The position numbers and the translations under genes are program-made. The notes below the pieces were generated by a model. The model was not told the DNA's origin and ran no database searches. It worked only from the letters and a program-made list of their open reading frames with translations. From an uncultured Nitrososphaerota archaeon (lineage in GTDB: Archaea > Thermoproteota > Nitrososphaeria > Nitrososphaerales > CADDZS01), in NCBI GenBank assembly GCA_963799845.1, contig CAWCYI010000006.1:1687266-1751265 (forward strand): a DNA stretch of 64,000 nucleotides, given 5' to 3'. Shown one piece after another: positions 52,257-61,054 of this stretch (its first letter is position 1; each line of letters starts with the position of its first letter).

Positions 52257-53954
52257 CTATGTCCGTGGCGGACCAGCGTCAACCACCGCTCCATTGGAAT
52301 ACTTTCCGACGAGCTTTCCATAAACGTTCAGCCAGCTTCGTCCACCCACCCAATTTCGTCGAAACTTTGCATGCTTTCTTCGATTGTTGATCTCGCTTTT
52401 ACTCACCATTAAGTTCAGGGTGCATTCGTCAACATCTATCTTGATTTCGTCGCCCGTGGCTGCGTAGGCTAGGGGACCATCCTCGGCTGCCTCTGGCATC
52501 ACTTGTCCGACAACGAGACCGTGGTTCAGACCTGAAATTTCTCCGTCTGTTACAACACCAACCTCTTCTGAAAGACCCGAGCCGGACAAAGATGCAATGA
52601 AGTTGGCTGCAAAGACGGTTCCCGGCCCTCCTTTGGGACCCAGATTGCGGAGTATTACAACGGACCCAGCTTTGATGAAACCTTTTTCCAATGATTTGAG
52701 GGCTTCTTCTTCATCATTAAAAACGAGCCCTCTCCCATCGAACTTTCTCATAGACTCAGGAACCGCGGAGACCTTAACAAGCGCTCCTTCCGGTGCGAGT
52801 GTCCCACGTAAGATCCGGATACCAGCTTCTTTTGCCACAGGATTGTCGTACGTGCCAACAACCTTCGTGGTTCTAGTTCTAAACTGACCAAGATTTTCTT
52901 TAACTCGATTTCCAGAGACTGTAATAGAATTGAGATAGAGCTTTTCACGGAGACCACTCATCACTGAACGTGTTCCACCTGCTCTTTCAAGATCCTCTAT
53001 TCGATAATGACCATTGGGCCTGATTCTGGTGAGGAGAGGGATTTGATCTTGATATTTTTCGAAAGTTGCCAAAATGTCTATCGCGACCTGAGCTTCCGTC
53101 GCTATTCCGCCCAGATGCCTAACCGCATTTAGTGAACCACCTATTGCCAAGTCGAGCATCACAGCGTTTTCGAAAGACTCGCGGGACATAATCATCCGAG
53201 GTGTTATTTTTCGTTCAATCAGCTTGAGTATCATCTGACTTGATTGGTAAGCGAACTCTCTGAGCTTCCTGCCTCCTGCCCAAATTGGGGTTGAACCTGG
53301 CAGCGACATCCCCAGTGCTTCCGAGATCATCTGCATCGTGTTCGCAGTTCCGAGTCCCGCACAAACACCAGTACTGCCGATGGCATTATCGCACATCTCG
53401 GCAAGATTACCCATCGAGATCCTCCCTGTGGCTTGAGCTCCAACTTGTTCGTAAACATCTTCGATGTCCACCTGTTTTCCTCCACATACGCCCGGACTCT
53501 GGTAGCCACAGGCTAATACTATAGCAGGAATGTCCAATCGACCCGCAGCCATTAGGTGTCCGGGAACGGTTTTGTCGCAACTCGATAGAAGTACCATGCC
53601 ATCTAACTGAGCTCCTTCCACCATTACCTCGATGTCGTTCACTAAGAGATCACGACTTGGAAGAAGATACCTTCCGTTGCGTCCAAACCCTGTTCCAAAG
53701 TCCATCGGAGCTATTGTTCTTATCTCGAAACCCACTCCGCCTGCATCTCGGATGCCCGCTTTCATAACACCGACGAGACGATCGAGATGAGCATAGCATG
53801 CACCGAGATCGCTCGAGCTATTAATTATCGCAATTTTGGGTTTCCTGAAATCTTCCTCTCCAATGCCGACTGACTTCCATTCAGCCCTTCTCACAGCCCA
53901 TCTTGTGGTTCCCTCTGGAAAATTACTCCGCAACGTTTTTTCTGGCGTTGTCAT
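52257..53954 (-). CDS. IlvD/Edd-family dihydroxy-acid or sugar-acid dehydratase
   Basis: CDKTVPG, CAGLGTANTM, GGSLN, LAPEGA, GPKGGPG, VTDG, PEAA. Start taken at MTTPEK. Confidence 0.9.
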   Translation of the reverse strand: MTTPEKTLRSNFPEGTTRWAVRRAEWKSVGIGEEDFRKPKIAIINSSSDLGACYAHLDRLVGVMKAGIRDAGGVGFEIRTIAPMDFGTGFGRNGRYLLPSRDLLVNDIEVMVEGAQLDGMVLLSSCDKTVPGHLMAAGRLDIPAIVLACGYQSPGVCGGKQVDIEDVYEQVGAQATGRISMGNLAEMCDNAIGSTGVCAGLGTANTMQMISEALGMSLPGSTPIWAGGRKLREFAYQSSQMILKLIERKITPRMIMSRESFENAVMLDLAIGGSLNAVRHLGGIATEAQVAIDILATFEKYQDQIPLLTRIRPNGHYRIEDLERAGGTRSVMSGLREKLYLNSITVSGNRVKENLGQFRTRTTKVVGTYDNPVAKEAGIRILRGTLAPEGALVKVSAVPESMRKFDGRGLVFNDEEEALKSLEKGFIKAGSVVILRNLGPKGGPGTVFAANFIASLSGSGLSEEVGVVTDGEISGLNHGLVVGQVMPEAAEDGPLAYAATGDEIKIDVDECTLNLMVSKSEINNRRKHAKFRRNWVGGRSWLNVYGKLVGKYSNGAVVDAGPPRT

Positions 53955-53986
53955 CAGATAACTCACCTTTATGTACCATTTTATAG

Positions 53987-54277
53987 TTACATCCAACTAG
54001 TCGGATTTGCTACAGACACATCGCATCTTGGAATGCGTGTGAGCTTGTCATACAGCGGATAGATGAACCCGACCGATTCTAAAGCTAGATGCTTTTCCTT
54101 CGCGGGAAGAGATTGTACGAAGCTTTGAAGATCCTTTGTGGATATCCTTTTCTCTTGAAGAATTGTGCCTCCAGGTTCAAAGATAGCCAACTGAGTCTCT
54201 CTTTCGTGAACGTCTGCTCCTATATAGATCACACCTTGTTCATTCATATCCTTGGATTTTGCATTTTGCCTTTTCAA
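53987..54277 (-). pseudogene. IS110-family transposase N-terminal (RuvC-like DEDD) fragment
   Basis: IYIGADVHE, LALES, VANP, then truncated. Confidence 0.8.
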
Positions 54278-54796
54278 CGATAGCCATAGGATTCAGAGAT
54301 TCGGACCCGGATCCTGAGAATCTCAGTGTGTTAACGTTTAACTTTGGACATAGTGAACTGTTGCCGATTCAACCCGCGGGAATTTCACTAAGAGCATTCA
54401 ATTCTTGGCCGACATGAAAGCAGATCCTTTGAGGCAAGATGCAGCAGAAATAGTCGGCTAAAAGCGTAACTTATGAGGCGGCGAGCGCAAGTAGTTTCTC
54501 TTGGTGATGTCGGCCCATTGGCGCAGCTAGAAGGGCTGTCTATTTTTAATCTATGAAATTAGAGCAGGAGCGAATCAAAAAGTGGCCAGCAAAAAGAATT
54601 TCACCGAAGCAATCCTTTTCCGCCATTTCACTGGACGACCCGTGGCGCAAACTTGCAATTGCCCAACCAGACAGCGATCCGAAACTCCCTCTCATCTGGG
54701 TGGTGAGAGATACTAAGTCGGCGAAGCGTGATTGACGGGCATGACCGATAGAGACCGGATCTTCCTTCATCTCCTTCATTCTGTCATAACTAATTC

Positions 54797-55969
54797 TTAA
54801 TGCTTGGCGTAGTAATCCGCCACAGCCCTAAATGATTCCTTAGGTTCCCATGGCATGTCTGGATAAGTTGTTCCGTGCTTTCCAACATCGCCCACGAATT
54901 TTGCTAATTGGTCAGGATCAACATCAACACCCAAGAGCTCCTTGCCATGTTTTACCGTTTCCTTTATCATCTCTCCCAAGTTTTCTTTCTTAGCGTAACT
55001 TTTTACTAGGCTGTAGCTTGCCATGTCTGAATCGTATCTCGGGTCTTCATTGTGATATGAAGTAGGGGAGACAAAAGTGAATACGAAAGTTCCGTCAACA
55101 CCTGCAGCATCGAGTGCCCTTAACTGGTCTGTGAGCTCGTGCGCCTGGAGGCCCTCATCTCGGATGTAGTGGCCGTCTACCCGAGCCGGTACTTTGATAA
55201 CGTAGGCGATTGTTTTGGGAAGGCTTTGAATATCAATGTGAAGATATTCGGTTAACATCCCGAACATGATTGCCCAGCCCATTCCACCAAGCTTCTCTGC
55301 CCCTTGGTACGTACAGCAACCGAACTCACCTATCAGGACCGGCTTGTTGTGCATCGTGTACGCACTGACCATCCGACCGTATGCATCTCTAGTGCCTTCG
55401 TCGCGATAAAGGTCAACTCCTATGAAATCAAAGGAGCTCCAATCGACAGACTCAAGCGAGACCGAGAAATATGTGATTTTTCCATGAAAGACGTCCCTGA
55501 CAGCCTCGCTTGCTTTCGTCAAAAACTCATTCAGCTTCTTGTTGTGCCCCCCGGTTTTGACGGTCTCCATGAATGACGGGTTATTCATCCGCTCCAGGAG
55601 ATTGTTACCTTCCAATATTCCTTGCATGAAGAGCGTCAATTCTGATCCGAGAGAGAAGACCAGTTTGGGCCATCGCTCGCGCAAAGATTCAGCCGCAACG
55701 GCAGCTTTAAGCAAGTATTCAAGAGTCTCTTCCTGACTTTTTTCAAACATCTCTGGAGAAAAGCATGCTTCAAGATCTAGCTCTAGAGCATATTCGGCAG
55801 CCATTTTCACTCGGTCAATATCCAAGCCCTGAATTCTCACAGCATTGCAGTGCAAATCATTCTTGATTATCTCTAGCTCCCGGTGAACAACTCGCGGATC
55901 AAAAGTAGGGCGTTGGAGCGAACCTTCAAGAACGCGCCCGACGTCGTAGCAAACGCCTCTTCGATTCAT
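54797..55969 (-). CDS. Glycoside-hydrolase-fold TIM-barrel protein (family often labelled 'abortive infection protein')
   Basis: RGVCYDVG, RELEIIKNDLHCNAVRI, GSELTLF, GEFGCCTY, WEPKESF. Confidence 0.75.
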   Translation of the reverse strand: MNRRGVCYDVGRVLEGSLQRPTFDPRVVHRELEIIKNDLHCNAVRIQGLDIDRVKMAAEYALELDLEACFSPEMFEKSQEETLEYLLKAAVAAESLRERWPKLVFSLGSELTLFMQGILEGNNLLERMNNPSFMETVKTGGHNKKLNEFLTKASEAVRDVFHGKITYFSVSLESVDWSSFDFIGVDLYRDEGTRDAYGRMVSAYTMHNKPVLIGEFGCCTYQGAEKLGGMGWAIMFGMLTEYLHIDIQSLPKTIAYVIKVPARVDGHYIRDEGLQAHELTDQLRALDAAGVDGTFVFTFVSPTSYHNEDPRYDSDMASYSLVKSYAKKENLGEMIKETVKHGKELLGVDVDPDQLAKFVGDVGKHGTTYPDMPWEPKESFRAVADYYAKH

Positions 55970-56154
55970 TTAGGTCACTCCTAGTTTTGAATCCTGCTTG
56001 TGCATTCGCAGAACGATTCTGGAATCAGGCAACTGCTCTTTGATTTTATCATGATGAAGATTAACATCTCTCTGGATGGACCTTCGAGGCAAGCCATGAT
56101 TGCTCCAACGAGTAGATCTGAGTTGTCCTTGAGATTTCACTGGTAACCTGGCTG

Positions 56155-56823
56155 TCAAGAATGAGCTGTCGCATTTGAAAAGCAATCTCTACATAGGATA
56201 ACCTCATTCAATCTAGTCACTGGAAACGAGCCTCCGCACCTATCACAAAGAGCACTTTGGTCAGACGAGCGTGGGCCGGCTGGCGGGGAACTCGTACTCT
56301 GATTCTCTTCCATCGTAGTCTCTGTCTTTTCCCTGTTTTCGCGTGCTGAGTTGTCCGACGGTTCTCTCGTATGGTCTAGATCACCCAGGTTAGGTTTCGG
56401 CTTTGGGCCAGATTCCTTCTTTTTCATCAAATTATAGAGACCATTGATTGTATCCTCGTTGTTCTCAAGCCGCGCGAGTTGTTCGGGAGTAGCGTGTTCT
56501 AGAACATATAATCCTCTTGCGAGCGTTGCCCGACCGATGCCGTACCTTCCAGCTACAATTGAATATACATCCCCGACCTCCGTATCGTCCGATACAGAGG
56601 TTACTCTCTTTCCTAGTTTCTGGCGAGCTTGCGCTTTTTCTCTTTCCGTTCTTAGTTCTGGTTCCAGCATCCTGATTTTTTTGATGGGGCTCATGTTTCT
56701 GCGTAGCGCTGCTGCTTCCCTGACGAACCGCTCCTCCTCTTCCTTGCTTTTGAAAATTCTGACCCTGAACTTGATTTTCCTGCCAAGTTTTTTCAAATTG
56801 TGATAGAAATTCAGTCCACCCAT
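56155..56823 (-). CDS. Mobile-element ParB-associated/HTH-type protein with C-terminal zinc finger; N-terminus probably damaged
   Basis: RRNMSP...EREKAQARQ...VAGRYGIGRATLAR resembles virus/plasmid ParB-like proteins; CDRC...CRDC at the end. Confidence 0.5.
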   Translation of the reverse strand: MGGLNFYHNLKKLGRKIKFRVRIFKSKEEEERFVREAAALRRNMSPIKKIRMLEPELRTEREKAQARQKLGKRVTSVSDDTEVGDVYSIVAGRYGIGRATLARGLYVLEHATPEQLARLENNEDTINGLYNLMKKKESGPKPKPNLGDLDHTREPSDNSARENREKTETTMEENQSTSSPPAGPRSSDQSALCDRCGGSFPVTRLNEVILCRDCFSNATAHS

Positions 56824-56973
56824 CAGGCGATCAGGCGGAAGAAGATAGAGGAAGCATTTTCACTCATTGAAGATGACCGCGAGATCGTCAAGGAGCGGGC
56901 GGTTAAGATACTCCGTCATCATCTAATGAGATAGAAGCTAGTGAGTAAGTGAATCTCGAATGTGTTGTTATAT

Positions 56974-57405
56974 TCACTCCGGACACGTAACATGGTGCCA
57001 ATTAGCGAATGCCTTGCGCAGCACGGGTTCGACCTCCGTTGAATAGTTCGAGTCCCAGCTCGAAAAGAGCAGCAGCTTACCGCACCCCTTGGAGCAGGGA
57101 ACGGAGAAATTGGTTTCTGTGCGTCTAACCGCCTTTGCTGTTCGTGAGGCTGCATTGCGTTCAATTGTCGCACGTGATGTATTTAGCGCGTGCATGAACC
57201 TCGACTTCCCCAGCGCCTCTGCTCTGGCCTCCACTTGCTTCTGGAGGTCTACCTTGTTGACTAGAATAGCCAGGTGCATACAGGCAGGCTCCCAGGGCAG
57301 GTCCTCCTGAACCATGATTCTCATTACTTCTCTCTCCAGCGCCCATGGAATGGAGCGGCCGTTACTCCCATCTTTCGTCTTCACGCGTTTTATAGCTCCC
57401 GACAT
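56974..57405 (-). CDS. Hypothetical protein with a C-terminal Cys/His cluster
   Basis: 143-aa ORF containing CSKGC and HHVTC. Confidence 0.55.
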   Translation of the reverse strand: MSGAIKRVKTKDGSNGRSIPWALEREVMRIMVQEDLPWEPACMHLAILVNKVDLQKQVEARAEALGKSRFMHALNTSRATIERNAASRTAKAVRRTETNFSVPCSKGCGKLLLFSSWDSNYSTEVEPVLRKAFANWHHVTCPE

Positions 57406-58032
57406 TGTTATTTCACTGGCAAGATCATGCGCGGTTGGGTCGATAATTCCGTTTCGATAATTAGGCAGATTAATCTGATAACTTGACGGACGTCCACCGA
57501 ATTAATCATGAGCGTCGTTCGGTCGCTGGTGGGTCATTCCTCGGACACGAGTCGGGTGTCCGTCGGGTGCAATCTGGACGTCCCTAGGATGTTGGCCAGA
57601 GTAATTTTAGAGGGTTTCACGAGAGCAATTCAGAAGTTATTCGACCGTGTTATGAGTATTCTTAGGATGTTGATTGGTGGTGGGTTGGGGTCTTTACGGA
57701 AAAATGCCGACCCGAGCGTTTTTTCATAGATTAATTGAGGTAAAATTGAGTATGTTTTCAGGGTAAGAAACTCAAGCTGGTCCGGCGGCCATGATACGCC
57801 GGTACAATTTTGTTCAAACAGCATATTATTTTGCTAGGCTGTTCATCAATCCACCTAGTCGATATCTGATTCCTTTCTAACGAATCCAAGTGGCGCAAGT
57901 AGGTATCCTCATCGGTGGGACCGGAGTCTATATTGAGATTGTCTATTGAATTGGGACTCGGATCTGAACCAGATGTCAGGTGTTCTCGTCTGCGAGGACA
58001 GACCAACCCCTATTTCCCAGTCACGTAACTCT

Positions 58033-58458
58033 CTCCCATCTCGAATCCAAAAGATGAACGAATTCACGCAGATACAAGAAATCGAAGTCCGAAACTCGAA
58101 AAAGTTTGCGCCGGGCAGAAAAGCTCTGACGAGGAAAAAACGAGGGACAGAAATATACAAGAGCATACTCGCGCGAGCGCCGTCCAGAAACTCTAGCGAA
58201 GTTCCAATTTTGGTTTTGCTTTCACTGTCTCCAGCGGGAGAGATGAAGACGAAAGATGTGCTGGAGCAACTCAAAAACGGACCGTGGTTCGAGGAACTTT
58301 GAAAGCGACTTGGAGCCGTATACGAAAAAAGCCACAAGAATCTGTTTGATTCGATAGCAAAATATTCAAGGAAAACTCTCGTGATCAAAAGGCAACTTTG
58401 CCCTCTCGGACAAGAGTGCGAAATGGGCGTTTGGAAAATAACAAGATCCGGCATTTAA
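58033..58458 (+). pseudogene. Mrr N-terminal-like winged-helix protein with internal TGA at 58300-58302
   Basis: EVPILVLL...GEMKTKDVLEQL, then in frame after the stop NLFDSIAKYSRKTLV...GVWKITRSG. Confidence 0.6.
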
Positions 58459-58677
58459 CGGGCGCAAAAGGAGGGCCTGGAGGGAGACCGACATATGCGA
58501 TGCATCAGGCGCTGGAGGAGGATTCTGAGCCAAAATCATCTCCGGAATCCAGTATCGACGGGTCCGAATAGTGTAGATGAGAAAAGAGATGTGCTGCTCT
58601 CTATCCCATGGTAAAGCGTGCTGCTATGTGCAGTGCATACACTGCTATGGGGCCAGCTGGAGTCACCGTGTTTTTTT

Positions 58678-59037
58678 ATGACGCCGCGACCACGTTACAC
58701 TGTCGCAGTCAACATGAGATTGGAAGACCGACCCGTACTCGATTCTCTGCTTTTGATAGCGCAGAAGGAAGGATGTAACATTACGAGTATTTTCAGGACG
58801 GCACTGACAGAATTTGTGAATCGGAAAAACGCTCAAAAAGGTGAGATAGGGTCGAAACTTGACGACTTTTTAGCAGGTCCGATTTTACCAGATCAAATAT
58901 ATCGGCAGGTACTAACTCCTGTCGAATTGAAAGGTTGGAGCGAGGATGAGCTGCTTCGCACGGCTAAGGTCATCAGGGGACGGAAAGAGGAACTCGACTC
59001 GGAACTCAGGCGCCGCGGGCATTTCTTCAGATGGTAA
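58678..59037 (+). CDS. Ribbon-helix-helix (CopG-like) DNA-binding protein
   Basis: TVAVNMRLED...LIAQKEGCNITSIFRTALTEFV. Confidence 0.65.
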   Translation: MTPRPRYTVAVNMRLEDRPVLDSLLLIAQKEGCNITSIFRTALTEFVNRKNAQKGEIGSKLDDFLAGPILPDQIYRQVLTPVELKGWSEDELLRTAKVIRGRKEELDSELRRRGHFFRW

Positions 59038-59398
59038 GCGATTGGCAAACTCGAAGATAGTGAGGGTTTTTCTGAAAGAAATCGCATCGGATGACAATCT
59101 CGATTTAGGGGCGAAAGACCAAGCGGGCCTCTGGGGATTCGCACCTAATTAGGTACCAGGTACTATGGGAAGCTGCAATGTTCCGACAAGAAACTGGCTC
59201 GAATGCTAGGAACCAAATTTGAGGTTTCATAGGTGGGATTTGAAGCCGATAACGGGGTTATGTCAGTCGATCGATAAATCGAGCAAGTATCAGATTCTGA
59301 CTCAAAATGGACCATTTACAATTACAATTGTATTTGCATCAGTTCAACATTGTCTAGCCGTACCGATAAGTTTGTTGTTAACATCCCCGGAATACCAT

Positions 59399-59438
59399 GT
59401 GCGGGGGTCTCACATACCGCACTCGGGATTTACTGGTA
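59399..59438. repeat. 40-bp hairpin-forming direct repeat, copy 1
   Basis: GTGCGGGGGTCTCACATACCGCACTCGGGATTTACTGGTA; 35/40 identical to 60161-60200. Confidence 0.85.
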
Positions 59439-59441
59439 GAC

Positions 59442-60047
59442 TCATTGATCTTTTCTGCGTAGCTCATATCGAAGCAGAGCGACACCTGAGGCAAATGCTT
59501 TCGCTTCCACGAGTTTCAGATTCGTACTTGTTCCGTCCTTGTAAAGACGCTTTCCTTGCCCGCGGACGAGAGGATATACCCAGAGACTGAATTCATCAAC
59601 AAGGTTGTATCGCAACAAGCTGTCCACTAATTCGCGACTTCCGAAAATCAGGATGTTACCCTGACCCTGCTCTTGCTTTAGCCTGGAAATTTCCTCCTCG
59701 ATGTTTTGGTTGATGATGGTTGAATTATTCCACTTTACCTCTTTCACTGTGGTTGAGACAACATACTTCGGTAGAGTGTTCATTTTATCGGCATATCCTG
59801 AAGGATCCCTTTGCATGGACGGCCATGCAGCGGCAAAACCTTCGTAAGTGACACGTCCGAGTAAAAGGGCATCGCTCGTGAATAGTTCGTTGAGTTTGAC
59901 TTTCAGATAGTCTTCGCTCGGAGGGAACTGGAACGTCCAGCTTGGATCCTCCATGACCCCATCAAGCGTCACAAATTCTGAGGCAATCAGTTTTCTCAAG
60001 TTATGAAATCCATCTCGTAATGCTAAAGAGGCTGATCGTAATCGCAT
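59442..60047 (-). CDS. Dihydrofolate reductase/RibD C-terminal family protein
   Basis: FVTLDGVME, LLLGRVTYE, PKYVVST, IFGS, LVDE, YPLVRGQGKRL. The true start may be about 50 nt downstream. Confidence 0.9.
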   Translation of the reverse strand: MRLRSASLALRDGFHNLRKLIASEFVTLDGVMEDPSWTFQFPPSEDYLKVKLNELFTSDALLLGRVTYEGFAAAWPSMQRDPSGYADKMNTLPKYVVSTTVKEVKWNNSTIINQNIEEEISRLKQEQGQGNILIFGSRELVDSLLRYNLVDEFSLWVYPLVRGQGKRLYKDGTSTNLKLVEAKAFASGVALLRYELRRKDQ

Positions 60048-60160
60048 TTTTCAGTTTTCTTGCTTCATTTGGTAGCAAATTCGTGTCCGAATCCCGCTAC
60101 TCAACTGAGCAATCATTCTACGAATGTTCAGACGACGCTACATTTTTTACTAGTAAATTG

Positions 60161-60200
60161 GTGCGGGGGTCCTACATCTCGCACTCGGGATTTACTAGTA
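60161..60200. repeat. 40-bp direct repeat, copy 2, nested in a 15-bp perfect inverted repeat
   Basis: GTGCGGGGGTCCTACATCTCGCACTCGGGATTTACTAGTA; outer arms TTTTTACTAGTAAAT (60144-60158) and ATTTACTAGTAAAAA (60190-60204). Confidence 0.85.
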
Positions 60201-60338
60201 AAAACTGAAGCCAAATGCTCAAACTCACCGCAGCTCCCAAAGCGTTAGTGCGTTCATTTGCTGGCACAATTTACTGGCATCTCGAGGCTCAATTTAACCA
60301 ATAAATACCTTGAACATGCGTGAACGACGAGTGCGAAC

Positions 60339-60713
60339 TTGACAAAATCAAAACTCTCCTTCATACATGTCGGTTTACCCCTGGATCACCATTCTATCCC
60401 AATCGAAATTCAGAAGGAAGCGAGCGTGCAGCTCCCCCTGTTGCGCGACCGGATGCAAGCGGAAGGCTATGGATATGAGCTTGTGTTTGCTTCGCCCGAG
60501 GATGGCTTAGAGAACTTCAAGTCGCAGCTAGGGGCACGTACACCGGATGGCGTCGTCATAGGCGGAGGAGTGGTAGGCAATCCTCAAATGCGCTTCTTCA
60601 TGGAGCAGATCATTGATGTAATACGAACCTCTGCACCTAGAAGCAAAATCCTTCTAATTGGGAGGCCAGAGGAAGCGCCAGCCGCTGTTGCGCGATGGTT
60701 CCCAAAGACATAG
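60339..60713 (+). CDS. Hypothetical protein
   Basis: 124-aa ORF with DGVVIGGGV...FMEQII...AAVARW. Confidence 0.65.
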   Translation: MTKSKLSFIHVGLPLDHHSIPIEIQKEASVQLPLLRDRMQAEGYGYELVFASPEDGLENFKSQLGARTPDGVVIGGGVVGNPQMRFFMEQIIDVIRTSAPRSKILLIGRPEEAPAAVARWFPKT

Positions 60714-60726
60714 GTTGTTCTAAGTA

Positions 60727-60966
60727 ATGCGAGACCTGCGAGCGCACTTATTCTATGACTATAATGGAATGTTCGCATGGTTCGGTCTCCAGAAATCATA
60801 CGTTAGCCTCTTGCTGCGCCCTCCGACAATACAGACTTTTGAAAAGCAACTCGCAGGCTACACTACAACCAAAGCGGCTGTACACTTTCCATTGGATAGA
60901 CCCGTACCTGTATCTCTGGTGAAAAAGTTGGTGAAGACAAGTTTGGCGTTAATCAGATCAGCGTGA
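60727..60966 (+). pseudogene. DUF1801/YdhG-like C-terminal fragment
   Basis: LAGYTTTKAAVHFPLDRPVPVSLVKKLVK; the N-terminal half is missing. Confidence 0.7.
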
Positions 60967-61054
60967 TACCAGGGATTTTTGATAACGCTGAGACCAAACT
61001 CTATTCCGTTGGCGGAACCGGAAATAGGTCGGCTTGGAACACCTTCACATGTGA

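Noticed and set aside
59370-59445. Canonical integron attC site
   Set aside because: It reads GTCTACC rather than RYYYAAC, box spacing is wrong, copy 2 lacks GTT, and there is no integron integrase in the window. Kept only as a cassette-like repeat.
60158-60170. TGGTGCGGGGG as the reverse complement of a tRNA-Leu 3' end (att site)
   Set aside because: The adjacent sequence has no T-arm (GTTCRAATC) and cannot form a cloverleaf; the match is too short.
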